A DNA stretch of 64,000 nt from contig JAHRHZ010000085.1 in the NCBI GenBank assembly GCA_024137785.1, positions 3,031,533 through 3,095,532 of the forward strand, given 5' to 3'. Below are positions 27,001 through 39,159 of the stretch, one piece after another (positions within the stretch are counted from its first letter, which is position 1; each line of letters starts with the position of its first letter). The notes under the pieces are model-generated. The model was not told the DNA's origin. It was given only the letters and a program-made list of their open reading frames with translations, and made no database searches. The position numbers were made by a program, and so were the translations under genes. The stretch is from Ginglymostoma cirratum (taxonomy: Eukaryota).

Positions 27001-27640
27001 GGTATTTCTGCAGGAGATCCTCAGGGTAGTGTCCGAGGACCAATCTTCTACACTTGTTTCACCAATTATCTTTCCTCCCTCTAAAAATGAGAACTAAGGA
27101 CATTCATTCATGAACTCATAATATTTAGGACCATTCATTTCTCAGATACTGAAACAGTCTACATGTGAATTCAGCAAGATCTCTACAGTATCCACTTTGA
27201 GTGGATAAATAGGAAGATACATTTGCACCAAACAAATGTCAGGCAATGGTCATCTCCAAAATGAAACAATCAAAATATTGTCCCACGATATTCAATGTCA
27301 TTTCCATCACTGAATCCTTCACTAGCAACACCCCTGGGATTTAGCATTGCCCAGAAACTGAACCGGACGAGCCTTTTAAATACAATAGGAATCTGCAGTG
27401 AGAAATTCATCACTTGACTCTACAAAGACCATTCACCATCTACAAGGTATAAGTCAACAGTGTGATGGAATGCCCCCCCACTTGCCTGGATGAGTGCAGA
27501 ACCACATCCTTCCCCAGAACAAAGCAACCCACTTGTTTGGTAACCCACAAATATATAATCCCTCCAGTACTGATGTTCAGTATCGTCAGTGTGTTTCATT
27601 CACAAGATGCACTGTAGAAATACAGTAAAATTCCTTAGAT
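24050..27640 (+). mobile_element. CR1/L2-group LINE (APE endonuclease + RT), decayed and interrupted
   Basis: VLWVGDFNIHH, PTRGKNIIDLIL, DQPWFNGECR, VRVTAIDIKATF, ISAGDPQGSVRGPIF. Interrupted by a SINE-like insert (~25125-25470) and a PLE (25983-26727). Confidence 0.85.
25983..26727 (-). mobile_element. 5'-truncated Penelope-like element (GIY-YIG endonuclease end) with 13-bp TSD
   Basis: FTCTSANVVYCIRCTHCGFLYIGETTRRLGDRFAEH. ctgctcagtgata at 25970-25982 and 26728-26740. Confidence 0.92.
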
Positions 27641-27649
27641 TTCAAAAAT

Positions 27650-28940
27650 AAAAACCAAAAGAACTGCGGATGCTGTAAATCGGGAACAAAAACAAAGTTG
27701 CTGGTAAAGCTCAGCAGGTCTGGCAGCATCTGTGGAAAATAAAACAAAGTTAAAGTTTCGGGTCCAGTGACCCTTCCTCAGAACTTATGTTGGCTGGGAA
27801 AACGTCAGTTTATATTCAGAAAATAGGGAGGTGGGTGGGGTAGGGAGTAAATGATAGGATAGAGCCCAAAGAGAGAGAAAGACAGTTTGACAGACAAAGG
27901 AGTTGCTAACGATCAGACTGGGAGGGTGAATAGATGTTAATGAGGACTGTTAGTGACTAACAACAGCGGGTGTGTAGTGGCAGACAATGTGGTAACAAGG
28001 CCTGGTATGCGGGGTCGGGGGCTGGGACATGGGAGAGTTTAGGCCCCAAAAATTATTGAACTCAATATTGAGTCCGGAGTGCTGTCGGTTCCACGAGCGG
28101 AAAATGAGGTGTTGTTCCTGCAGTTTGATCTCGGCTTCACTGGAACACTGCAGCAAGCCGGAGACAGAGATGTTGACCAGGGAACAAGGTGGTGCATTGA
28201 AGTGGCAGGCAACAGGTCATTCAGGGTCTTTTTTACGATCAGAACTTAGATGTTCTGCGAAGCGGTCGCTGAGTCGATACTTCGCTTCCCCAATGTAATG
28301 TAGACCACATTGCGAGCAGCGCATGCAGCAGACTCGATTCTTGGAAATGCAGGTGAAGTGCTGCTTCCACCTGGAAGTTATGTTTTGGCCCTTGGATACT
28401 GTGGAGGGAGGAGGTAAAATCGCAGGTGTTGCACCTTCGCAGGTGACAGGGGAAGGTGCTGTAGGGCTGTGGGGAGGAGTTGAGGGTGAAGGAAGTATGG
28501 ACCAGGGTGTCCTGGAGGGAAGAGTCCCTGCAGAAGGCAGACAAGTGAAGCCGGTGGGGGGGAGTGGAATATGGGTCTGGTGGTGGCATCTTGCTGGAGG
28601 TGACGGAAATGGAGTCTGATGAACTTCTGGATCTGGATGCTGGTGGGATGGTAGGTGAGGATAAGGGGAACCCTATCGCTGTTGCGGGAGGGAAGAGAAG
28701 GGGTGAGGACAGAAGTGCAGGAGATGGGTCAGACCCGATTGAGGGCCCTGTCGACAATGGTGCTGGGGAATCCTTGGTTGAGGAAAAACGTGGACATTTC
28801 GGAGGCTCCCTTATCAAATTTGGCCTCATCTGAACACATGCAATGGAGTTTTCGGAGGCTCCCTTGTCAAAGTTGGCCTGATCTGAACATCTGCGATGGA
28901 GTTTTCGGAGGCTCCCTTGTCGAAGTTGGCCTCATCTGAG
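27650..28940 (-). mobile_element. Penelope-like element, subfamily 2, 3' part
   Basis: AFCRDSSLQDTLVH...FPCHLRRCNTC, then GIY-YIG remnants. Strong reverse-complement similarity to 44517-45570. Confidence 0.9.
28798..28940. repeat. 53-bp tandem repeat, ~2.7 copies
   Basis: ttcggaggctccctt units start at 28798, 28851 and 28904. Confidence 0.9.
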
Positions 28941-28949
28941 CATATCCAG

Positions 28950-31900
28950 GAGTGGGATGAGGCTAGTAGGTAGGCGATGGGGCTGGGGCTTGAGGTGCGA
29001 CTAGGGGATAAGTGGGAGGAATGACAGGTCAGGGAGATAGGGACAAGCAAGGCTGGTTTTGGGATGCGGTGGGGGAGGGGAGATTTTGAAGCTTGTGAAG
29101 GCCACATTGATACCATTGGGCTGCAGGGTTCCCATCGAAATATGAGGTGCTGTTCCTGCAACCTTCGTGTGACCCTGCAGGAGGCCCAGGATGGACATGT
29201 TGTCTAAGGAATGGGAGGGGGAATTGAAATTGTTCGCGACTGGGAGGTGCAGTTGTTTGTTGCGAACCGAGCTTAGGTGTACTGCAAAGCAGTTCTCAAA
29301 CTTCCGCTTGGTTTCCCCGATGTCGAGGAGGCCATAACGGGTACAGCGGATGCAGTATACCACATTAGCAGATGTGCAGGTGAACATCTGCTTGATGTGG
29401 ACGGTCTTCTTGGGGCCTGGGATGGGTGTGAGGTGCAGGGGTAGGTGTTGCACTTCCTGCGGTTGCAGGGAAAAATTCCAAGTGTGGTGGGGCTGGGGGG
29501 AGTGTGGAGCGGACAAGGGAGTCACGGAGAGAGTGTTCCCTCCGGAAAGCAGATAAGGGTGGGGAAGGAAAAATTTGGTGGTGGGCTCAGATTGCAGATG
29601 GTGGAAGTGTCGGAGGATGATGTGTTGGATCCGGAGGTTGGCGGGCTGGTACATGAGGACGAGGGGGATTCTGTTTTGGTTGTTATTGCGGGTGGAGGGT
29701 GCAGGGAATGAGTTGCCAGAAAGGGGGAGGCACAGTCGAGGGTGTTCTCGACCACTGCCGGAGGTGGGGGGAAGTTGTGGTCCTTGGAAAACGAGGACAT
29801 CTGAGACGTTCGAGAGTGGAATGCCTCATCCTGGGAGCAGATGCGGCAGAGGCGAAGGAATTGGGAATGGGGATGGCATTTTTGCAAGAAGGTGGGTAGG
29901 AGGAGGTGTACTCTAGGTAGCTGTGGGAGTCGGGAGGCTTGAAATGAATATCGGTTTCTAGGTGGTTGCCAGAGATGGAAACAGAGAGGTCCAGAAAGTA
30001 GAGAGAGGTATCAGAGATGGTCCAGGTGAACATAAAGTTGGGGTGGAAGGTGTTAGTGAAGTGGAAGAACTGTTCGAGCTCCTTGTGGGAGCACAAGGCG
30101 GCGCCGATACAGTCATCGATGTAACGGAGGAAGAGGTGGTGTTTAGGCCCAGTGTCGATACGGAAGAGGGATTGTTCCAAGTCACCTACAAAGAGGCAGG
30201 AATAGTTTGGGCCCATGCGGGTACACATGGCCACCCCCTTTGTCTGCAGGAAGTGGGAGGAATTGAAAGAGAAGTTGTTCAGGGTGAGGACAAGTTCAGC
30301 TAAGCAGATGAGGGTGTCAGTGGTGGGGGACTGGTCGGGCCTGTGGAACAGGAACAGCCATTAGGCCATCTGCATGGGGAATGCAGGTGTATAGGGACTG
30401 GACATCCACGGTAGAGAAGATGTTTGGGGACCAGGGAATCGGAAGTTTTGGGGGAGGTGGAGGGTGTGGGTTGTGTCACGAGCATAAGTGGGGAGTAGCC
30501 ACACCAAGGTGGAAAAAATGGAGTCAAGATAAGGAGAGATAAGTTCGGAACAGTCGGAGACAATGGGTCGACCAGGGCAGTCAGGTTTGTGGATTTGGGG
30601 GAGGACATAGAAATAAGCAGTGCGGGATTGGAGAACAATGAGGTTGGAGGCTATGGGTGGGAGGTCACCTGAGGTGACGAGGTTGTGGATGGTGGGAGAT
30701 GATGGTTTGGTGGTCGCGTGTGGGATCATGATCAAGGGGGTGGGAGGAGGAGGTATTGGAAAGCTGGCGTCTGACCGCAGCGATGTAGAGGTCTGTGTGC
30801 CATACTACAACTCCGCCTCCCTTGTCTGCAGGTTTTATGGTGAGGTTGGGATTGGAATGGAGGGAGCGGAGGGCTGTTCGTTCTGCGGGGGAGAGGTTGG
30901 AGTGTTGCAGAGGGGTGGAGAGCTTGAGGCAATTGATGTCACGACAGCAGTTGGAGATGAAGAGGTCGAGGGAGGGTAGGAGGCCTTGGGGTGGTGTCCA
31001 GGAGGAGGGGGTGTGTTGGAGGCGGGGGAAGGGGTCAGTAGAGGCAGGGTGAGACTCACAGTGGAAGAAGTAAGCGTGCAGGTGGAGGCAGTGGAAAAAA
31101 TGTTCAACGTCCAAGCGTGAGCGGTTGTCATTGATGTGTGGGTGGACGGGGACAAATGTGAGCCCTTTACTGAGGACTGACCATTCGTCCTCAGTAAGGA
31201 GGAGGTCTGGGGGGATGATGAAGACTCGGCAGGGCTGGATGCTCCTGTCTCCTCTGGAGCTGCTGGCTGTGGAGGCGGTGGGCGGAGCGACGTCGGCAGT
31301 AGGCGGAGCGATGGCGGCTTCGGTGGTGGGCTGTGTGAGGTAGGTGGTCGGAGGAGCAGAGTCGGTCAGCAAGACCTGGATGTTGGCTGCGGCGGTTGCA
31401 GCAGTGTCAGCAGGTGTGTCGTTGATGTCAGTGGTGTTGGCCTCGGAAACGGAGGCGGCGGCGTTGATGGCGTTCGCTGTACCGGAAGTTGCGTACGTGG
31501 CGGCGGCGGATGTGACGTCATCCGTGGTGCCTCCGACGGTGGGCACATGGCCAATGGCGGTGGGCACATTGTGGGTAGGTCCTGGTGATGGTTGGGGATT
31601 TGGGGGTTGGAGGAGGCCTGTATTGGGTGGCAGGCACCAGTAAGTTTACTGTACTTACGGTTTTTCGTGTCCAATAAAGCCGAGTGGAATTGTGAGTTCA
31701 GGCTGTGGATCCTGCGAAGAATAAAAAACAGGAGAGGCCCTTTGCAGGTCTGGGAGAGGGAGGGTCTTAGCTGGAGTAGGCTTCATTGCAGTACCAGGAG
31801 ATGCCGGCAAATTTCTGTGAGTGTATGTTTCAGGAGTCACAGGGAGAAACATTTTTGAAGGATCTCAATGTTCTGAATCTCGCGGTTGTCGCAGTTGGGG

Positions 31901-32150
31901 CCAAATTGGGAAGGCCTAAATGTGGATTGTAGTCCATTGGGGATGATCCGGTTCTGTAGGCATGTGCTAAGAAAGGTAATGTGGCTGTCGTACCTGGTTT
32001 GCTTCTGGACGTGGTCGAGCAGTTTTGGAGCTGAAGAGATTATGAGAGAGTTGCAGTGGGAGAGAGATCCACTGAGGTCTTCCAGGAGGGAGGAGGGTTA
32101 CTTCATCAAGGCAGGCATCCTCAGAAGAGGCTTCGCAGTGGGGTTGCAGG
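28950..32150 (-). mobile_element. Near full-length Penelope-like element (RT + GIY-YIG), frameshifted
   Basis: VLSKGLTFVP, TIKPADKGGGVVV, FYVLPQIHKPDCPGRPIVS, AMCTRMGPNY, LRYIDDC, FLDLSV, VVYCIRC...DIGETKR. Confidence 0.95.
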
Positions 32151-32789
32151 GATAGGGTGAGGGGGTGAGTCTGGATGGGATGCTGTTCAGAGGCTCTCTG
32201 TGGACTCAATGGGCCATATGGCCTGCTCCCACGCTGTAGAGATTCTATGATACGTCTATTCTCTGTGAAGAGAAAATAGAATGGTCCATCTGTTTACATG
32301 TATCGTATTTTAAACAGTTTAGAAACGCACATTATAAATATCATCTCATCATTTTACGATGCTGCAACACAAGAAAGATCTTTCTTCCTTCAAACGTCTA
32401 TTGTTTTGATTTAACTGTTTATTTCATTTCCTGATCATGACAGAGTGATAGCCTCTCTCGTGATTATTCAGAGAAATATACTTAGATAACCTCATCTTCA
32501 AGTATCATGTTCAAGATTCGAACCAAAGCTTTAGGGTCTGGAATGTTGAACTTGAATCCCTTAAACTAAGGTCTGAACTAACACTTTTTTTGGAACATTA
32601 TAATGCTACTTGTTTTTAGTCTTCATGGGCTTACATTATCCAGGGTTTTCAACTTAGTTTGCCCTTTTAGGCTCATAGCTTCATAGACTCATCGAGATGA
32701 AAAGCACAAAGACAGACCCTTCAGCTCATCACATCTGCACTGGTCAAAAACAACCACCTAACTATTCTAATAACATTTTTGTCTATTCA

Positions 32790-33325
32790 CTCATGGGATG
32801 TGGGCATTGCTGGCTGGCCAGCATTTATTGCTCTTCCATCATTGTCCTTAATATTGAGTTGGTGAGCTGCCTTCTTAAACTACTGCAGTCCCTGTGCTGT
32901 AGGTTGACCCACAATGCCCTCAATGAGGGAAATCAAGGATTTTGATCCAACGACGGTGAAGGAATAGTGATATGTTTCCCAGTCAGGATGGTGAGTGGCT
33001 TGGAGGGGAACTTGCAGGTGGTGGTGTCCCCATATATCTGCTGCCATTGTCCTTCAAGCTGGAAGTGGTCTTGGGTTTGGAAGGTACTGCCTGAGGATAT
33101 TTTGTGAATTTCTGCATTGTGTCTTGTCTGTAGTACATACTGCTGCAACTGACTGCCTGTGGTAGAGAGAATGAATGCTTGTGCATGTGGCGCCAATCAA
33201 GTGGACTGCTTTGTCTTGGATAGTTTAAAGTTTTTTGGGTGTTTCTGGAGCTGCACCTATCCATACAACTGGAGAGACTTCCATCAAACTCCTGACTTGT
33301 GCCTTGTCCATGGTGGATAGACTTG
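32790..33325 (-). mobile_element. LINE 3' fragment, same family as 9620-10440
   Basis: Co-linear similarity (gggcattgctggctggccagcatttattgc...gtcaggatggtgagtg...). Confidence 0.65.
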
Positions 33326-33664
33326 GTGTCAAGTGCTGTCACTCTCATTTCACCTTTGGGATGCAGTTCTCCTGCCCATTTTTGAAACAAGGCGATAATC
33401 ATTTTCCAGCTCATGATCAATTTTTGATTGGTTGTTCCCATTACGTGGTCTTCTCTTCACAGACATCGTGTTATTGCATCTTCGCTAACAAAGGTATATC
33501 CTACATTAGACAGTGAAATCAAAACCACGTGCAGTTTTGCCACTGAGATCTCATCAAAACCACCTTTAGTAAAGCGTACAATACTGCCTTTCTATTTATA
33601 CATTCACTTCCAGAAACTGTGTTAAAAAATATGATTTTTCAAATGTCCTATTACACATTCCTGC

Positions 33665-33900
33665 AATGAGGAGAAATTTCTTCACACAGGAAGTTGTGAG
33701 CTTGTGGAATTCTCTGCCACAGAAAGTGGTTGAGGCTAAAGCATTTAATGTATTCAAGAAGGAGTTAGATATAGTTCTTTGTGCAAAAGGAGCCAAAGGG
33801 TACCAGGAGAAAGCTGGAACAGGGCACCAGCTTGGATGGTCTCAGTGAATGATGGAGCAGCCTCGAAAGGCTGAATGGTTTACTCGTGTTCCTATGTTCA
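33665..33900 (+). mobile_element. CR1 LINE 3' end
   Basis: MRRNFFTQEVVSLWNSLPQKVVEA...FKKELD. Confidence 0.8.
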
Positions 33901-36900
33901 CTTACATATCAATATTACAGCTGACTGTCTGTATCCATTTGAGCATACATGTTCTGAGATCATAACATGTATTTATTTATAAGTGAAATACCTCACAAGA
34001 AAATAATGATAGATGAGATTGGTGCAATATACTTTGTATTGTGGCCCAGAATAAAAAATGTTTCACGAAATTCTTGCTGAGATGTTACCTTTAAAGTAAC
34101 ACTTCATGTGGAAGCTACATTAATCATACCATCACTTTTGAAAAGAATTATTTTATGTTTTAAGACTTATTTAGATATATACCTAAATGGTTGCTTCTCA
34201 AGTAAATCCAGTCGTTTCTCTCATTTCACTTCTATCATTACTGCATTATATTCTTCTTACACAGAGACATCAAGAGATTTTTTTCAAAGTAAAAGCAACA
34301 GGTTCCTTGGGCCTGGACATCTTAACACAGAGCACAGGTAAAACAATTCTGATGTTTTAAAAGTAAAACAATGGGTTATCAGAAACTGAATTGGTGAAAT
34401 TATATCTGCAAAGATAAATAACTAAATAGTCAGGAAAGTTCTACGAGTTCGTTAAGAGTACAGAGTCCAGTATACTGAAGTAGTTGATATTATTGAGATT
34501 GGAAGCAGATATGACAATGGACACCCTCATCAATACCAAACTGTGAAATGTGATAACTGGTGTAGATTAAGGGCGCGCAAGATTAGCAAGTTGCTACAGT
34601 AGTTGTGATGATCCCAGCTGACGTTGTTTTCTAACCAGATAAATCAGAAACCAGTTAGGAGTCTGGTTGATAGATCATAGTTTTATTTGTTTGTTTTAAA
34701 CAGTGATATCTTATGAAAACAAAAGCGCACTGTACTGCAGGTGTTGCTTTATCAACAATTCAAATGCATTACAAATGAGCAAAGATAAAATAAAATAAAC
34801 AAAACTATAAACTTCCATACAAATTCAAAGTCTATAAGCACACAGTAAAATGTATTATCCATTAATCACAAAACACCCCTCTATAAATTGATAACAAAAT
34901 TAGCTTTTAAGTAGTATCCAAAACATAATGCCAGTGAAGGTCTCAACACATCTTTCAAATAATATTATGATGGTAGGTTGAAGCTAATTGACACAACAAA
35001 TTTTAGACTGGAACAATGATTGCCTCTTCCTGGACTTAAAACAAACCTGAGCTTCCCTGAACGAATGCAAGTCGGATTTTTTGGTTGTCCCAACAGTTTT
35101 GTTTCTGGACTAACAAGAACTTTACACTTCAAGGTAATCTCATTCACTTCATCTATCAGTCCCTGCTTATGACCATTTCGCAATACGTCCATCCTTTTCC
35201 AAGAACTTCACAGGACTTCACTGCTCAAGACTCTCTCTCAGTAATGTTACATTTCCCTGAGTTAAGCAAACCAACTTCCACTACTCTCTAACAAACATTG
35301 GATACTCCATTATTAACCTTCCTAGTTTGCAAGAAATCTTTGACAAGCAAAAGTCCACGAGTCACAGAATTCAAACCCCTCAGAGCCGTGCTTTGTAAAT
35401 TGTTTTAGAAAAGCAATTGCCTGGTAACAAAATAATTACAAGTTAATTATTAACATCAGATACAGCGGTTGTAGGGCAGGTGGTGGGAAGCTAGTTCATA
35501 ACACAAAACCAGTAACTCAAGCTCACACTAAATATTATACATGTAAATCTAACAGGAAAAGCGTAGCACTGAATAAAGAATAACTTGAGTGGAAACAAAT
35601 ACCAGGTCAATTTATCCAAATAACACAAAGCTTGATATTAGCTTTGTTTACAGTGAAACGATCAACAGATCATCTTCAAATTATGTCTGATGATAGTATG
35701 AAACCGGCATAACTGCTGGACTCCAGAAATACAAAATGAAAATGAAGATTATAAACATTAAATGTTCTTGACTTGTCAAGGTCCATAGTTCTGAAATGCT
35801 TCAAGAAGTTTTGCAGGAATGTACTTTGTTGAAAAGGTGGGTTCTCAAGATTGAAACATTGGTATAAACATTGGATGGGTAGGGCACTTCTATTTGCTAC
35901 CTGCACTTCAAAAGTCATGTTTGAGCAGAAACTATTGCCAATTAATGAAATCAAGGAGGCTTTAGCATAGTGGTCATGTCAATGGCGTGGTAATTCAGTG
36001 ACCCAGATGAATTTTCCGAGAACATAGATTAAAATTCCTCCATTGCAGAAGGGAAAACCTGATTGCAATTTGAGAACTTGGAATTGAGAGTTAGTCGAAT
36101 TGTGACCAAGTATCACTCATGACTTTTGTGGAAAAAAATGGGATTATTAACACCCATCACAAAAGGAAATGTGCTATCTTGACCAGCTCTGACCTGAATG
36201 TGATTCAAGACCCAAAGTCATGTGGTTGACTCTTCACGGCTCTCAGAACTGTCCTCGCAAACCACTCAGTTAAAGTGCAATTAGGAACGGACAATTAATG
36301 CTGGCCCAGCCAATGACACCTGCATCCAATGAACAAATTAAAACAAAGTATTATCGCCAGTTATCACTTGGGCCTATTTAGCTTCACAGAAGATAAACAA
36401 AAGACATCAATACTTTGATAGAACATGGTTAAAGTGGAATGACACAGAACTAATAAAATCAGAACTATTGCTTGAATTATCATGGACTGAACAACCAATT
36501 TAAATAAAAAATGCAATAAAACATAAACAAATTAAAAAGAATAAAGCAATGAAAAACTGACATATATTTGGCACAGATAGAACCATCCTGCACTGAAAAA
36601 GATAAATAAAAATCAAAATATCAGTATTTTCATCATGTTACTAACAGTGAAATGGTAAAAAAAAAGTGGGTAAGAGTTTTCAGAAAGCTCCTAGAAAACA
36701 ACGATTCTTATTACCCATAACATAGTGGTGAGTTCAAGGGAATGATGAGTTTAACAGTTCGAATGAAGCCAGTTGCTATCTCAAACGGTACAGCAAGGTT
36801 GTGTGCAAAACAGAGTTGATTCACGAAACATTAAAGGAAGAAAAACGTCAACGACTATTTTTTTGAAACCAATTAAAGACCACTAAAAACACTGCACTGG

Positions 36901-36966
36901 ACAGAAAAGGATAGAAAACACCCATGATACCAATATCACTTGATTTTTGTCTGAGTATCATTAAAT

Positions 36967-37095
36967 TCAGCTGCTGGCTTTCACCGCTGCATACAATGGA
37001 GTTGCAGCTGTGTGTTCTGGCTTCATTGTTAACCTGGGACCATTCAAATTCAGAGCAGCAGAAGTCATCTGGCATTTGTTCATGCTCTGTTTGGT
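36967..37095 (-). pseudogene. Copy B terminal exon with PLYAAV
   Basis: ttacag| acceptor. Reads TKQSMNKCQMTSAALNLNGPRLTMKPEHTAATPLYAAVKASS*. Confidence 0.85.
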
Positions 37096-37234
37096 CTGTA
37101 AAACAACAGTGAAAGTCGTTCATTATTGTTTCAAATTTCACTAAAAGTTAAGAATTCTTCAGTGTTAGCTCAAAACCAAATGATTGTGATTAAGAAAATG
37201 GTTACTTTATTCATACATATGAACAGAGAGGTAC

Positions 37235-37345
37235 CTCTGCATACACTGTTCTTTCATCCTGTGGCTGAGGATTTTTAGCATCCTTTGAATGGACCAGTTC
37301 AAGATCAGCATACGTTAATCTGTCTTCAGCTCTTCCTTGTTTTCT
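37235..37345 (-). pseudogene. Copy B cytoplasmic exon 1 with ITIM LTYADL and second motif TVYAE
   Basis: ctcag| acceptor and GAG|gtacct donor, 111 nt. Reads RKQGRAEDRLTYADLELVHSKDAKNPQPQDERTVYAE. Confidence 0.85.
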
Positions 37346-39159
37346 CTGAGGTTTAACATTCATTAATTTCTATTTTCTGGAGCCAAGAATCAGTTTTCCA
37401 TTGTCATCAATGGAAATTACTCTGTCTCTGTGAGTTAGCTATCTCTTTGTTACATTCTTAATAGCTTAAAACTTCTCTATTCAATCCCCTTCTCTCCACT
37501 TGACATAAATGAAAGCTTCCTTATTTGCTGATATGACCCTGCTTGCAAACAATGAAACTTCATGTTTGAGTGTGTTAAAACTTGGAAGATGAACCCTGTT
37601 AAATTCAGTTTCCTGAGGAAAAAATACAATTGGATTAATTCAATACTATCAATTTCAACATTCATATGGAATCCATTCAGCATTACATCCTGTAAAAGTT
37701 GAAGATGTTGTTTACCTTCTGAATGGAATTGGTCTGAATTTCCTTTACAAAGCTAATAAACTTACTACAATGCATGTATCTTCATTTGGAAATAAGAGTA
37801 AAAATTCAAAATTTGTGTAATAACTAAACTTTTGATTGGTGCATTAGTTGTTTTAAAACTGGAATTTCCTCATATTTTTTGCTTTATGCTTAAACCAATG
37901 AGTTAATTATACTCATACAAGCAATCGTTTATTAGTGAGTTGAATAGAGATGAAATAATGAGAATTCCATCGTTATTTCAATAGCACCATTTGAATAATG
38001 ACAAAAGGGACAGTGAAGGTTTATTTTAGTGAAGACGAACTTGCACAGATTGCACAATTGCACAGAATCTTTAAGGTACTTAAGATGCCATACAACATTT
38101 CCCAGCAAATTGTTCATTTCTATCTGAAGATTTTTGTTCAGATAGAAACATGAGGCAGCAGATTAATGGTGAGTGTGGTCATATAGAGAGCAATGAGACA
38201 ATTTAACGGAGAAACAATGGTGTTCCTTTCAATCAAAGAACAAAATAAAAGAAGTCAATTTTGATTTCTATTTCTGCTCTCAGACCTTTTATGCAATGGG
38301 CTTTATCAGTGGGAATTTTTCATTCTCTTTTGATCTGCACCTCTGCACCTGAGTCAGTGAAACACAGGATTTCACAACCTGACAAGACCAGGGGAAATGA
38401 AGGTAAGCATTAGCAAAGCTTAGAATCATGTTGACGATGACAAATTCAAGGGCAGTCCACTCAATGCATGTATTACGTGCAACAAGTAAATGATTAAAAA
38501 CAAATAAATAGAGAATAATGGTTATGGTGTAATTGACATTACAAACACATCACTGCAGGATAATCGGGAGAAGTGATTTTTCAATAACATTCATTGACAT
38601 TTAGGATGGACAAAGGAAAAGAAGATATGTTAGTATTATGCGAGTAGTAACGGGTGGGATCAGTGAATAAGGATCTCAGATTGGAATAACATGAGGAATC
38701 TTCTGCGGTGGAGCTAAGGAACAGCAAGCAGCAGGAAACATTGGCAGTTGCTTCCAAGCCACAAACAGTAGTAGTAAGGTGAAACAAAGATAAATAAAAC
38801 GATTTGTGACGTGTGGTACATAGATTTTGCAACAATCATGACTGGATTCAATCTAGATAAAGGCTCAACAAACTAATGAGCACAGAAGCTGTGAAGGATG
38901 AGTTTTTAAGTGTGTTTGGAAGAGTTTTCTGGAGCAGTATGTTGAGAGACAGATTAGAGAAATGTGAACATCTCATAACATGTCACGAAAAGTAATTATT
39001 TAACAACATTGCTGTAAGAGAATCTTGAAATATGAGTGACCATACAATGATGGAATTATTGATGAAAAGTATCACAGTTGCATTTGTAATGCATTAAATC
39101 ATATCTTTCGATGTTTTCTTTTTATGTTACTGGCTCAGTCGTACTTTTGTCAAGGATGA

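Noticed and set aside
28798-28940. CRISPR-like array
   Set aside because: These are contiguous tandem units without unique spacers, in eukaryotic retroelement context.
27950-32209. Many overlapping GC-rich ORFs on both strands as host genes
   Set aside because: All are frames or antisense shadows of Penelope-like RT/endonuclease sequence.
34600-35460. Possible solo LTR (TG...CA bounded, AT-rich)
   Set aside because: There is no second copy, clear TSD or internal domain in the window to support it.
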